Positions 1 to 13,049 of a stretch of 62,000 nt of DNA are shown piece by piece. The translations under genes were made by a program, and so were the position numbers. Source of the stretch: Octopus vulgaris. Its lineage: Eukaryota. Every line of letters starts with the position of its first letter. The stretch's first letter is position 1. The stretch spans positions 43,606,001-43,668,000 of the forward strand of contig OX597822.1 of NCBI GenBank assembly GCA_951406725.2, read 5' to 3'. Below the pieces are notes generated by a model. That model was not told where the DNA came from. It ran no database searches and was given only the letters and a program-made list of their open reading frames with translations.

Positions 1-352
1 TCGTTCTAATCTCTCCTCACTTACCCGTTACAGTGTGTAAACATCTGAGGAGGTTTGCATAATTGCTACAGTACTTACCAAACATAAAACGTGCTGCCAA
101 ATGCCGCCCTATAATTTTTAAACTAATTTAAATTTATGTCCCCTGTTTGGTGGCTGGATTGACAGATGTAGGGAGAGAGGGCAATAAAGGGATAGCTGGA
201 TAATAACCATAGTATCAGTTTGTCAGGCTTGAGTATGAAGCTAGAAAGTGTAATGTCGGTTGTTTTAAAAAGAGGACCTTAGGTAGGCGGTTCCTGTGGA
301 CTCCACATCAACTATCCACGATCCTTGACGGGAATAGTGGGCGGTGAAAATA

Positions 353-1577
353 TTGGTTCATCCCATAAATAATGCAGTTTTCTCAACTGCATAAACTAAA
401 AGTTGGAGAGGGACTGGATAAACTACCTGCATCAAGTTGCTATAACAGCAGGCAGTAATTTAACCTTGTGCTTATTCTTAGTGCAAGTTTTGAAGAGTGC
501 AATTTGATCTTAACAGTGGGTTTTTCAAAGCTATAATGGTGGTGACAAAGGAACATATTCGGGAAATTATACTTTGAGTTCAATAAAGACAACAACGCAT
601 CGGAAAGTGCGAGGAATATTAATGCAGTATATGGGGATCGGACAATAAGCGTAAGCCAGTGTCAATGGTGGTTCCAGAAATTCTGAGACGGAAACTACAG
701 TCTAGAAGATGAGCCTCGCGCTGGAAGATCTTTAGAGCTCGACGAGGACGTCCTGAAAACCCTGGGGGATAAAACCCCATCGTAACTTTTGAGGAACTAG
801 CAGAGAACCTTCTATTTAGTCATTCAACTATTCATCAACAACTGCGTGCCATCGGAAAAGTTAGAAAATTGGGTCAATGGGTTCCTCAGAAAGTTTTCGA
901 ATCTGAAAGTAAATGTGTTCTCTTCTTTGCTGTCACGTCTCAGGAATGAAACTAGTTTGGGGACCGAATAGTGACTGGTGACGAGAAACGGGCTCTCTAT
1001 AAAAATGTCAAGAGGCGAAGATAGTGGGTAGGGAAAGGATGAACACCGGCATTCCAGGCTAAGGAACGTCTTCACTCACATAAGGTGTTCTTATCTGTTT
1101 GGTAGGACATGAAAGGTTTAGTCCTCTTAGAACTTTTAAAATCAAACCAAACGATAACAAAGGAGATCTACTACGAGCAGCTTAAGCGGCTTAATCGTTA
1201 GAAGAAAAACGACCATCTTTGGTTTCAAGACGAAAGATGATATTCGAAAGGCTGGACCAGTTTGAATGGGAAACAATGCCCCACCCGCCATTTTCGCTGG
1301 ACATTGCCCCTTCTGATTATCATTTATTCTGCAGTCCTCGAATCATTTGGAAGGAGAAAATATGAATTCTGCAGACGAGGTCAGAGGTGTATTTTTATTG
1401 ATGGACAAGTGAATTTTAGAAGAGGGTCCTTGCAAGTCAACCAGATAGATAGAAGAGAATTGTAGAAAATGAAGGAGAGTAGAAAAGAATTTTGGATTAG
1501 AAAAGAATTTTGTTTATGTTAATTTTGAAAAGGTAAAAGAAGTATAAAAATCTGCATTATTTATGGGATGACCTACA
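353..1577 (+). mobile_element. mariner (D,D34D) transposon, decayed full-length copy 1
   Basis: TIRs ttggttcatcccataaataatgcag (353-) and ctgcattatttatgggatgacc (-1574). Broken transposase with frameshifts and stops shows KEHIR..EFNK, ARNINAVYGDRTISVSQCQ, GQWVPQK, IVTGDEK and DIAPSDYHLF motifs. Confidence 0.92.
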
Positions 1578-1652
1578 AATGTATGGACATGAATTTCGGA
1601 TTTTCTGCCCATGGATTTATTGTCAACTATTTTTAGTATTTAATTTTAGTTG

Positions 1653-1800
1653 GTGAAGGTGCGTGGTTAGGGGTGTTGCAATCACAGATGCCAGATCGTG
1701 AGTTCGTTTCCTGGATGGAATGAGGAGTTGTATTCTTTAGCAAAACACTTCATTTCATCTTCACTGTGAGAGTGGTAAAATTATTGGTGCGTTGACGGAA
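1653..1800 (+). mobile_element. degenerate tRNA-derived SINE head (family C)
   Basis: A-box-like gtggttagggtg and B-box-like gtgagttcg, followed by the family C body ttctttagcaaaacact. Confidence 0.55.
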
Positions 1801-2039
1801 ACACTCTACTGTATATTCGGCCCCTTTACATTCTGGATTCAAATCCCATATACATGGAGAAGGCCACGGGAAACCTGCAGTGTTCATCCTAAGTCTGATC
1901 ATCGTAACCGAAGTTCCACTGATCAAATTAACGATTGCAGAGAGGGGCCTGTGCCTTTTCAGGTCGGACAGGGATTGCTGGAGATAGTTCACAAGTACAG
2001 GACACAGGACAAGACAATTTCATTTGATGAAATTTTGGC

Positions 2040-2900
2040 TCCCTTCTTTAAATATTAACGTCCGTTGATATCTGTTCGTACAACAATTATAAACCATATC
2101 TGGAACATGTTTGCATGTTATTTGTTTCAATTGCTTAATTAATGAAACATTTTCGTAATAAATCTAAATCCTTTCTCAATCGTTGTAAGGTATAAACAAA
2201 TATGATATTAATTACTCTTCGGCGTTTTCAAAAAAGCTAATTAACGTAAACAAAATAATTTCTCATTCATCTCCAAACAAAGAAATCTATTACAGCAATG
2301 GCCTAAGGAATAGTGGATTCTATATTATGACTACCTTCCCACCTAAGTTCCCCCACAATACCAACAAACAAGAATCTTCAAAATTTAATATATCCTTCCC
2401 TCCAAATGTCTAAACCTGTTTAGAAAAGACGTATTTGTGAAACTCATTGACAAAAGAAAAAAGAGAAGCGTTTCCTTACATTACAGACGGCAGAAGTTAT
2501 TCAACAGTAACACAATTGAGAATCAAATCCTTCAGCATTTGCACAACCGATATATAAGTATCTATGCAAAAGATTGTATCAACCTTCTAGGAAAAATTAC
2601 ATTAGGTACATGCGCTGTAACTATAACTATAAAGGGTTACAGTGTGATATATCTCATTAGTAACAGGAATAATGACATCATTCCACAACACTACATAGAC
2701 ATGAGTGAAGGAAATTTTAAACATCGCTACTACAACAACGTTTCTCATTTCCCAAATGCAGAATAGGGGAGCGTCGCAGCTACTTAGAACTATCTATGGA
2801 GATTAGAATAGATGTGATTATTAACACGTTCAGCATCCTTTGTGATAAACTGAACCAAAATAAGGCAAACATTGATAATTCCAAAATTTGTGGCCACGAA
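2040..2900 (+). pseudogene. Penelope-like element fragment (RT thumb/linker plus GIY-YIG endonuclease relic)
   Basis: ORF 2437-2766 has KLIDK..KLFNSNT and YIDMSEGNFKHRYYN, matching the Penelope linker (FLKLIDKHF..K.FN.NT) and the GIY-YIG YIG.....FK.R..NH motif. Many frameshifts. Confidence 0.6.
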
Positions 2901-3094
2901 TTACTGGGAATGTTTTATTCTTAATAAGCCCAAGAACTACAAAAAGTTCAAATGTTGGAAGGTTGAAAAACTTCTCCAAGTTAATTATAATCAAATATAC
3001 AAGGAGCCAGGTTAAAAGCATAAAAACTTTGCTGTTGATCTGTATATTCATGGGTTCACGGATGCGGTGAAACATTAGCCCGACGTCCTATATT

Positions 3095-3823
3095 CGTTTC
3101 TCTTCAAGGCACGAGGCCCCTTTTTTTTTTGGGGGGGGGGCAGTCGATCAGATCGACTCCAGTACGTAACTTGTACTTAATTCATCGACCCTAGAATGAT
3201 GAAAGGCAAAGTCGACCTCGGCGGAATTTGTACTCAGAACGTAAAGACAGGCGTGCTAACGTTTATTATTTCTTTATTGCCCACAGGGGGCTAAACATAG
3301 AGGGGACAAACAAGGACAAAGAGATTAAGTCGATCATATCGACCCCAGTGCATAACTGGTACTTACTTAATCGAACCTGAAAGGATGAAAGGCAAAGTCG
3401 ACCTCGGCGGAATTTGAACTCAGAGTGTAACGGCAGACGAAATACCTATTTGTTTATTGCCCACAGGGGACTAAACATAGAGGGAACAAACAAGGACAGA
3501 CAAAGGGATTAAGTCGATTACATCGACCCCAGAGCGTAACTGGTACTTGACTTATCGACCCCGAAAGGGCGAAAGGAAAAGTCGACCTCGGCGGAATTTG
3601 AACTCAGAACGTAGCAGTAGACGAAATACCTAAAACACAGAAAGGACAAACGGATTAAGTCAATTATATCGACCCCAGTGCGTAACTGGTACTTAATTTA
3701 TTGACCCCGAAAGGATGAAAGGCAAAGTCGACTTCGGCGGAATTTGAACTCAGAAGGTACCGGCAGACGAAATACCGCTAAGCATTTCGCCCGGCGTGCT
3801 AAGGTTTCTGCCAGCTCGCCACC
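3095..3823 (-). mobile_element. four tandem copies of tRNA-derived SINE family B inside one 20-bp TSD
   Basis: Four repeats of core gatgaaaggcaaagtcgacctcggcggaatttgaactcag. Only the rightmost copy has the full head (ggcgagctggcagaaa on minus). Flanked by ttagcc(c/t)gacgtcctatatt at 3075-3094 and 3824-3843. Confidence 0.88.
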
Positions 3824-4080
3824 TTAGCCTGACGTCCTATATTATTGACATTTCACCTCGCGCATGCTTAGACGCAAATTGTCAACATATCTCTACAGAT
3901 GAAGAACACCTAAATAATAGAATAGAATCGCCATTCAAGAGAAAAACAGGACTGAATCATAATTAATCGTCGCAGAATATGGTGTTTAGTGTGAAACTAA
4001 AAGTCATGGAAAAGTAAAAGGCAATGTCTCTCAACCACCGGTATTGAGTACTTAATATTTTGTTTGTCAACCCACTTAGA

Positions 4081-4943
4081 ATTTTGTGTAATAAGGACAG
4101 TGTGTGCTTGTGTGTGTGAGCGTGCGTACGTATGTGTGTATATGTGTGTGCGTACGCGCCTGCGTATGTGTATGTACGTGTGTGCGTGCGTGTATGTATG
4201 CGTGCGTGGGTGTACGTACCTGTGTGTGTGGGTGCGTGCCTGTGGGTGTGTTTGTGTATGTGTGTATGTATGTGTGTACGTATGTGCGTGTGTGTGCGTG
4301 CGTGTGTATCTGTATGTGTGTGTATATGTGCGTGCGCGCGGCGCGCATACGTATGTGCGTGTTTGTGCGCATACATGCGTGTGCATGCCTGTGTATGTGT
4401 GTTTGTGTATGTGTTTATGTGTGTGTATGCGTACGTTTGTGTACGTATGTACGTGTGTGTGTGCGCGTATGCACGTGTGTATGTGTGTATTTGTGTGTAT
4501 CTGTGTGTGCATACGCGCGTGCATGGATGTACGTACATGTGGGCGTGTGTATGCACACTTGTGTGTGCGTGCTAGTGTGTGTTTTGTGCATGTGTGTATG
4601 TGCGTGTCTATGCGTATGTGTGTGTGTACGTATGTGTGTGTGTTTGTGTGCGTACGTACGTGTGCAAGTGAATGTGTGTGTATATGTGTATGCGTACGCG
4701 CGTTCGTGTGTGTACGTACGTGTGTGTATGTGCGTGTGTGTGACCAGTTGTGTGTGCGTACCTGTGTGTGTGTACATATGTACGTGCGTGCGTGCACGTT
4801 TGTGCGTGCGTATGTTTGTTTGCTTAGCTGTGTGTGCGCAGGTGTGTGACTGTGCGTCTGCTCGTGTGCTTATGTGCCAGTGTGTGTGTATGTGTGTGTG
4901 CATGTATGCGTACGCATGTGTGTGTGTCTGTGTGTACCTATGT

Positions 4944-4978
<35 letters not shown>

Positions 4979-5076
4979 CGTATGTTTGTTTGCACACTCG
5001 TGTGTGCGCACCTTTGTGTGCGTGATCCTGTGTGTCTGTGCTCGTGTGATTATGTGCCAGTCTGTGTGTGTGTGTG

Positions 5077-5140
<64 letters not shown>
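4081..5140. repeat. ~1.06 kb degenerate (GT/GC/AT) alternating purine-pyrimidine microsatellite
   Basis: Direct reading; ends in pure (GT)n. Confidence 0.95.
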
Positions 5141-5142
<2 letters not shown>

Positions 5143-5284
5143 TGTAACGAAGTCGACAGCAACAGTACAAAACAAACACGATGACGTCATGTTAGAAAAA
5201 TAAAACTTATACGACGTACCGAAGCCACGTCATTCCAGCATGTTGAACTCTTGCTATGAAATATAGCATACAGACAGATAACAA

Positions 5285-5335
5285 TGATAGTAGTAATAGT
5301 AGCAGCAGCAGCAATAGTAGTAGTAGTGGTAGTAA

Positions 5336-5376
<41 letters not shown>

Positions 5377-5443
5377 AGTGTAGTAGGTGTAGTAGTAGTA
5401 GTAGTAGTAAGTGTAGTAGTAGTAGTAGTAGTAGTAGTAGTAA
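5285..5443. repeat. (AGT)n microsatellite
   Basis: Direct reading. Confidence 0.95.
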
Positions 5444-5619
5444 TGCCACCATTTACCACTACTACCGCCAATGCTAACACACCACTACTTGTAGCTTCTC
5501 CACCGTTACCGACACCATCTCTACCACCACCGCTGCCATTAACACAAGCCCCTTCTCCTTCACTACCGTTGCACGTATCTACACCACCAGCGCCATCAAC
5601 GATATCAATATCTTTACCT

Positions 5620-5990
5620 AATCACCACCACCACCACACCACCACCACCACCACCACCACCACCACCACCACTAACACCACCACAACCACCACCACCACT
5701 AACACCACCACCACCACTAAAATCACCAGCACCAGCACCAGTAACAGCATCACACCACCACCAAAACCCGCACCAGCACCACCACCACCAGCACCAAAAA
5801 AACCACCTCCACCGTCGCCACCAACACCACCACCAAAACCATCACCACCATCAGCACCACCATCAGCACCATCACTACAATCACCGCCAAAAACCACCAC
5901 CACCACTCGCACCAGTGCACCACCACCACCCACCCCCACCACCACCACCACAACCACCGCCACCACCACCACAACCATCACCAGCTTTCA
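5620..5990. repeat. degenerate (CAC)n microsatellite
   Basis: Direct reading. Confidence 0.9.
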
Positions 5991-6098
5991 CTAACTACGT
6001 TCTACCTTATCCTGATCTCTAACCTATTTCCTTTAACTCCACCACCGACTCTCCCTTTCGCTCCCTCACTCCACTCCGACCAGTCTATAAATACAACG

Positions 6099-6143
<45 letters not shown>

Positions 6144-6229
6144 ACACACGCCCCTTCAGTCTGAGGTTTTCACACATATTTGCCCACGTTATTACGGTCG
6201 AGATGTCGGTTTGATGAAGTCTGGTGTAA

Positions 6230-7700
6230 GGTTTACTGGTACATCAAGATGTTGCTAGAGTCGTTCTTGTAGTTTAGGCGCTAGTAGTGGTAGTGGTGAC
6301 GGTGGAAGTACAACAAGACGTTAGTGTGCTCTTATGGATGCGCAATGGACCAGTGGTTAGCGCAGCGGACTCGATCACAGTTTCGATTCTCAGACCGAGC
6401 GTTGTGAGATTTTATTGAGCAAAAACACCTGAAGCTCCACGAGGCTCCGGTAGGGGTTGATGGCGAACCCTACTGTTCTCTTTCCCCACAACTTTCTCTT
6501 ACTCTCTCTTCTTGTTTCTGTTGTACTTCTATTTCAAAGGGTTGTCATACTCTGTATCACGCTGAATCGCCCCGAGAACTACGTTAAGGGTACACGTGTC
6601 TGAGGAGTGCTCAGCCACTTGCACATTATTTTCATGAGCAGGCTGTTTTATTGATCAGATCAACTGGAACCCTCGTCGTCGTAACCGACGGAATGCCACA
6701 GTGTGCTTGCTATAGTTGTGGCGATGACAGCAGCGGTAAATGAAGATGTTGGTTTAGTTATTGTTGTAGTTTTTGGCTGTAGTACAGTTAGAGGTGATTT
6801 TAGTGGCAGACCAAGACATTGGCGTTAAGGTTGTAGTAGCGGTGAGCCACATCAAGATGTTACTATAGGTCTTCCTGTAGTTTAGGCACTAGTAGAGGTA
6901 GTGACTATGGTAGTGGTACGAGACGTTACAGTTAAGGTTGTAGTTATAGTGGTATATCAACCAAGATGCTGGTATAATTATTGTTGTAGTTTTGGCGGTA
7001 GTACTGGTAGTGGTGATTGTAGTGGTAGAACAAGTCGTTACTGATAAGGCTGTAGTAGTGGTGACGATAGTAGATGTACATCAAGAGGTTACTATAGATC
7101 TTCCTGTAGTATAGGCACTAGTAGAGGTAGTGGTAGTGGTAGTGATACAACAAGACGTTACTGCTAAGGTTGTAGTAGTAGGGGTACATCAATCAGGTTG
7201 TCGGTATACTTATTGTGCTAGTTTTGGTAGTGGTGATAGTAGAACATCACGATGTTAGTATTGTAGTTGTAGCAGTTCCGGTGATAGTGAGTTTGGTCAT
7301 AATATTGGTACAAGAGGATAGTATTATGGTTGTTGTGGCGTTGGCGATAGTACAGTTAGTGGTACGTCAAGACCTTGGTGTAGTTGCCGTTGTAGTGCTG
7401 GTGACAGTGGTACACCAAAATGTTAGTGTTTTCATCGTAACGTTGGTAGTACAATCATCAAGAACATAGTGTATTGGCTGTGGTGCTTGTAGTGGTGATA
7501 AAAGCATGTAGACGTTGTAGTTTTGGTAGTAGTGATAATGGTACAAACATCAAGGTGCTATTGAAGACTTTGTAGTCTCAAATGTGGTATAAGATATCAT
7601 GTTATTGTTGTAGTTGCCGTTGCAGTTGTTGTGTGGTGGGCGACACAAAAATGGAAGTGTCGGTGTTGTGGTAGTGGTCATAGTTGGACGCTTGTATTTC
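6230..7700. repeat. degenerate GTA/GTT-rich tandem repeat with ~228-bp higher-order period, interrupted by a SINE
   Basis: The motif acatcaagatgttactataggtcttcctgtagtttaggcactagtag recurs near 6241, 6850 and 7078. Confidence 0.7.
6337..6700 (+). mobile_element. tRNA-derived SINE family C with cgtcgtaaccgacgga tail
   Basis: Head gcgcaatggaccagtggttagcgcagcggactcg, body ctccacgaggctccgg, tail cgtcgtcgtaaccgacggaatgcc. agtgtgct lies on both flanks. Confidence 0.85.
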
Positions 7701-7729
7701 TGTCATTGTCCCACGTCACTAAATTGTTT

Positions 7730-7742
7730 TGACGACGACGAC

Positions 7743-7773
<31 letters not shown>

Positions 7774-7931
7774 GTGGTGATGGTGATGACGACGATGATG
7801 ATGATGATGGTTGTTATGGTGATGATGAGGATGAGAATGATGACAACGATGATGACGATGATGATGACGATGATGATGATGATGATGATGACGATGATGA
7901 TGATGACGATGATGATGATGATGACGACGAC

Positions 7932-7975
<44 letters not shown>

Positions 7976-8223
7976 CGATGATGATGATGATGAGGAGGAG
8001 GACGATGATGACGATTTTGATAGTGATGAGAACGATGATGCTGGTGATGAGGATGACGACGATGATGACAATGGTTATGAGGATAATGATTACGACGATG
8101 GTGATGACGATAATGATAATGATGATGATGATGATAATGATGTCAATAATAATGGTGTCTAAGTGGACGATTGTGATGGTAGTGATTGATGATTGTGATG
8201 ATGGTGATGACGACGACGACGGC

Positions 8224-8261
<38 letters not shown>

Positions 8262-8280
8262 CGATGATGACGATGAGGAT
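7730..8280. repeat. (GAT)n/(GAC)n microsatellite
   Basis: Direct reading; source of the poly-D, poly-M and poly-S ORF artefacts. Confidence 0.95.
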
Positions 8281-8684
8281 TGATAAGGTCAATAACGAAA
8301 TCTTCTCAGAGAACGCAACTGTACAACGTGTGTAACACTCACCTTCGTAGAGAGTGAGTGGGAGACGGTTCTAGGGAACTCTATTTAAACACCAGATCAC
8401 ATATGACTTCACATGGCCAGTACTTCTGCGGAATAGACTCTCTTAACAAAACATCGCTTATTTTTCCCCAGATGGACGACTCCAGCTTCAGCGTGGAGAA
8501 AATAAATATCAACATTCATGATAACGAAGAATTAAGCCATCGCTATTGAAAGGAATGGCCAAAGATGACATATTCCATCTATGATGTGGATTTCCTGGAA
8601 CAATAGATTATATTTTATCACGATAAGCTAAACTAAATCTGACAGAATATTCTTGGGGATGCAATGAAAGTAGCCAAACTGATC

Positions 8685-9195
8685 TACGAGGGTGAGTCAA
8701 AAAGTAATGCCATTTTGTTTAGGACAGGTATAATTACCACCACTGGAACATGTATCATACATCAAAATAAAGCTGGTCATCTGTGGATCACTTCTCTACT
8801 TCTCAACATAGTCCCCGTTTCTCTCAATAGCAATGTTCTACCTTCGAATTAGAGCATGTATCCCTGCCCCGTAAAATTCTGTTGACTGTTCTTTGATCCA
8901 CTTCTTCACTACAGTTTTCACTTCCTCGTCACTGGAATAATGTTCACCTCTCAAACCCTCTTTCATGGGACTCAAGAGATGATAGTCTGAAGGCGCTAAA
9001 TCTGGTGAGTATGGACGATGCGGTAATGTTGTCCACCCGAATGTTGTCTCCCTTGTCCTGATGCTTGTGTGTGGTCGAGCATTGTCACTGTCAATTGGCA
9101 AGTTGGGTCTTACTCGTCGGATTCTTGCTCTGAGCCTCGTCAGGGTCTCAATGTAGGCCTCAGACTTTATTGTTTTCCCTTTTGGCAAAAAAAAA
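8685..9195 (-). mobile_element. second mariner family, 3' fragment
   Basis: Terminus tacgagggtgagtcaaaaagtaatgcc at 8685. Translation DNARPHTS...LPHRPYSPDLAPSDYHLLSPMKEGLRG is the mariner catalytic C-terminus. Confidence 0.9.
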
Positions 9196-9220
9196 CTGAA
9201 AGAGGACAGTCGTATATATC

Positions 9221-9293
<73 letters not shown>

Positions 9294-9545
9294 TGTGTGT
9301 GTGTGTATATGTTTGTGTGTCTGTGTTTGTCCGAAGCCCCCAACATCGCTTGACAACTGACGCTGATGTGTTTATGTCCCCGTAACTTAGCGGTTCGGCA
9401 ACCAAAAAGCCCGATAGAATAAGTACTAGGCTTTACAAAGAATAAGTCCTAGTGTCGATTTGCTCGACTAAACTGACGCGGTGCGGTTCGGCAGCCTGGT
9501 CACAGTCAAATGACTGAACGTAGTGAAAAGTAAAAGTAAAAGAGT
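9195..9545 (+). mobile_element. SINE family A, 3' half with internal (AT)n(GT)n
   Basis: atcgcttgacaac...cccgtaacttagcggttcggc...gatagaataagtactaggc...gtcaaatgactgaa...gtaaaag. Confidence 0.85.
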
Positions 9546-9828
9546 CTAAAAGCCTGAAAAGTAAGAAAAAAATATTTCAGAACGTAAATGATATAATCAT
9601 TCATAAAGGGGAAAATTTTCAGTTATTTTTATCAAAAACTTTACATGAAATAAAGAAAATTGTATTACTTTTTGACGCACTCTCGTACATGCATTCTTGA
9701 CATCAAATTTCACTATATTCAGATAAACTAGTGGTTCTTAATTGGGGTCCATTTGGCCCTTGTCAGGGGTCTGTGTAAGATTTTGCTGTTAAAATTTATC
9801 TGCAATAAATTGGTTTGTACTTCTACAA

Positions 9829-10262
9829 TACAGAGTGCGGCAGAAGTAGCACCTATTTTATTTAGTAACTTTTATAGTACAAAATTTTTTCATTTAGTAA
9901 TTTTTATCTTATGCAAAAATTTATTGCACTAGTTAATGAAATGAAAAAAAAAAAACAATGAATGAATACATATTACAGCAGTTTTAAGAAATTTATTAAA
10001 TATTGCTCCATCAGAATAACATAATTCATTATGATATAAAATTTAATTAACATGACCAAAACGCTCCCCTTCGTTTTCTGAACACTGCTGAACACTACAA
10101 GCAATATTTTTACAAACCTTTTTATACATTTCCACGTTAATTGCAGAAAACTTACCAGAAATTTCTTGGTTTAATTCATGAATTCAAGATCATTCAATAC
10201 ACCCACAAGAAAACGTCAGGTGATCGTGATGACCACTCAATTACTCCATGTTGTCCTAGGCG
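9829..10262 (-). mobile_element. Tc1/mariner-superfamily (maT/DD37D-like) transposase 3' relic
   Basis: Minus translation [15 protein letters not shown] matches the IGR.G.I.WP.RSPDL motif, followed by ..QCSENEGERFGH. Putative terminus tacagagtgcggcagaag at 9829. Confidence 0.6.
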
Positions 10263-10366
10263 TAACAGTGTCTATGTGGTAAGTAGCATGCTTGCGAACT
10301 ACATGGCTCCGGGTTCAGTACCAATGCGTGGCACGATGGGCAAGTGTCTTCTACTATAGCCTCTTC

Positions 10367-10405
<39 letters not shown>

Positions 10406-10483
10406 TATGTATATAGATATCGTATGTTCGTATATAGTATATATATATATATATATATATACATACATATATATATATGTATA

Positions 10484-10551
<68 letters not shown>

Positions 10552-10775
10552 TATACATTCATGTGTGTGCGCGCGCGTGATTGAATATGCGTGTGTGAGT
10601 ATGTATGTATTTATCTATCTATCTATACGCACGTGTGTGTCTGTGGTCTTTATCACTGTCCTTGTATTTGTTACCGCCATCCTCACCGTTTGACAATCGA
10701 TGCGATTTTGTTTAATTCTTCGTAAACTAGGAATTCGGCAAAAAAGAAAAGCAGAAGAAATATCAGTACTAAGTT
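10258..10775 (+). mobile_element. SINE family A, degenerate, with expanded internal (AT)n
   Basis: tRNA-like head tgtggtaagtagcatgc..ccgggttcagtacc, then gggcaagtgtcttctactatagcc, microsatellite and tail. Confidence 0.75.
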
Positions 10776-11214
10776 AGATTTGTTTCATTAAGCTTTTTAT
10801 AGCAGTGCTCCTAGCATGTTTACAGTCCAATAACCAAAATAAATGACGGATAAAAGACAATACAAAAAAACAACAACAACAACAACAACAACGGTGTGTC
10901 GCAACGAGTAAAACATTGGGGAAATCACACCGACCAAACTGCTCAATTGAATACAATCTGGCTGTCACAGAATGGACCACTCATCCTATTGATAACTTAA
11001 GACATATAAAAATGTCTAGAAAGCCACTGATAAATTACCTCTGAGGATAGCCAGAGGTACATTCGAGAAAATAACAATTGTAGGATATGTGAATATTCTA
11101 GGGCTTTTTCAAGCAGTATTTATTCACGTTTAGCGTTTGTATGTGCGGTTTTCTTGATGAACAGATTTTAGTTTTTAAGAATTGGGACTTTTGGTATAAT
11201 GCCCAAAACTTTCA

Positions 11215-11272
<58 letters not shown>

Positions 11273-11369
11273 TAAAATATATCTCTCGTTCACGTCTTTA
11301 CAAACACACATAAACATACGCGCCTGTACATGCGCCAAATATTCTGTCTCTATTTCCTCAACTATTTAC

Positions 11370-11826
11370 ATACATATAGGTACACACACACACACACGCG
11401 CGCGCGCGCACACATACTTACACACACATGCACAAGCACACACACACGCACACACAAGTCTCACACATTCACACAAATACATACTCAACAACATTCTCAC
11501 ATAACTACACAAAATCTCCCATTCACGCACATGTACATACATAACCACACAGATCGACACACACACACACACACACATACAAACACACATGTACATGCCT
11601 TACCCTAAAATGTTTACGTGTTTTTCTATATTTTTTCAATTATTTCCACACAGACACACACATACACACAAACAGAGACAGACGCAGAGACTATCACAAA
11701 CATTAACACACACACTCAAACACACATATACACAGAGAGAGACGCAGAAACTATCACACACATTCACACACTCACAAACACACACATACACACACAGACA
11801 GACGCAGGGACTATCGCACACATTTG

Positions 11827-11862
<36 letters not shown>

Positions 11863-12030
11863 TACACACACAGACAGACGTAGAAACTATCACACATATT
11901 CACACACACACATATAAGCACACATATACACAGAGACAGACGCAGAGACTATCATTCACACGCACACACACAAACACACACACACGTACATACACGCACG
12001 CACGCACACACACATACGTACACATCTTCA
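11370..12030. repeat. CA-rich tract with 5 copies of an agacagacgcagagactatcacacacatt module (~60-77 bp spacing)
   Basis: Module recurs near 11675, 11733, 11795, 11872 and 11934. Confidence 0.85.
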
Positions 12031-12385
12031 TCACTCACTCTTTTATCCCGAATTAACTTTCGCTATATTTCAACTTCCTCCATTCCTTCACTTCCACAGC
12101 TAATACAAGCCGCCATATTGTATCTATTCCTTGTACAGAGTAACTCTTTCTCTTGTAATTTCTTCTAACCTGTTTTTTTCTTCTCTCACTGTGACAGGCG
12201 ATAATTCATCATGTCGATAATATCTATAATCTATATCTTCTTCAACTGGGTATTCACAAACAATCATAAGTGAACATCTGGTAGAGATAGTCTGCCATTG
12301 TTTAATCTCTAACCAGGCCTTTATGACTATTCTCGTTTTAGTGCGCATATATGAGAGTGCAGAACTGGATCTTTAAAATGCCTCT

Positions 12386-12545
12386 AGGCTCGGGCGTGGC
12401 TGTTTGGGAAGAAGAAGATCGATTCCTAATCGTATGGTTTGGGATTCAGTGCCACTACATAGCACCTTGGACAAGTGTATTCTACTAGAACCGAGCCTTG
12501 TGAGTGGATTTGGTAGACGGAAATTGAAAGAAGCCCATCGGGTGT
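12386..12545 (+). mobile_element. SINE family A head half
   Basis: gtggctgtttggg...gagccttgtgagtggatttggtagacggaaattgaaagaagccc. Confidence 0.75.
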
Positions 12546-12560
12546 GTATGTGTGTGTATA

Positions 12561-12910
12561 CTCTTTTACTTGTTTCAGTCATTTTGACTGCAGCCATGCT
12601 GGAGCACCGCCTTTAGTCGAGCAAATCAACCGTAGAAATTATTATTTGTAAGTTACGGGGACGTAAACACACCAGCATCGGTTGTCAAGTGATATTGGAG
12701 AAACATGCACAAACACACACACACACATGTATATATATATATATATACATACGAAGGTCGTCTTTCAGTTTCCGTTTATGAAATCCACTCACAAGGTTTT
12801 GGTCACCCCGAGGCTATAGTAGAAGACACTTGCCCAAAGCGCCACACAGTGGGACTGAACCCGGAACCATGTGGTTGGTAAGCAAGCTACATACCACAGA
12901 GACACTCCAT
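12561..12910 (-). mobile_element. SINE family A, near full length
   Basis: Reverse complement of the family A consensus seen at 49734-50154. Confidence 0.85.
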
Positions 12911-13049
12911 ATATGTTGGCGTGCTCGCTTAGCCAACGGTATGGCGTCGTTTGGAGGCTAAAACAATGCTAAAATGCATTGTGATCAGTGATGTGTAACA
13001 TCATTTGATAGCGTGGTCGGTCACGTGATCACGCGATATGTGTGTGTGT

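Noticed and set aside
3095-3823. Regularly spaced repeats resembling a CRISPR or tRNA array
   Set aside because: Units are ~170-200-bp SINE copies with no unique spacers, and the heads do not form complete tRNA cloverleafs.
3963-8283. Long ORFs (poly-VC/HT, poly-T/V/P, poly-D/M/S)
   Set aside because: They are translations of (GT)n, (AGT)n, (CAC)n and (GAT)n microsatellites; stop-free by composition.
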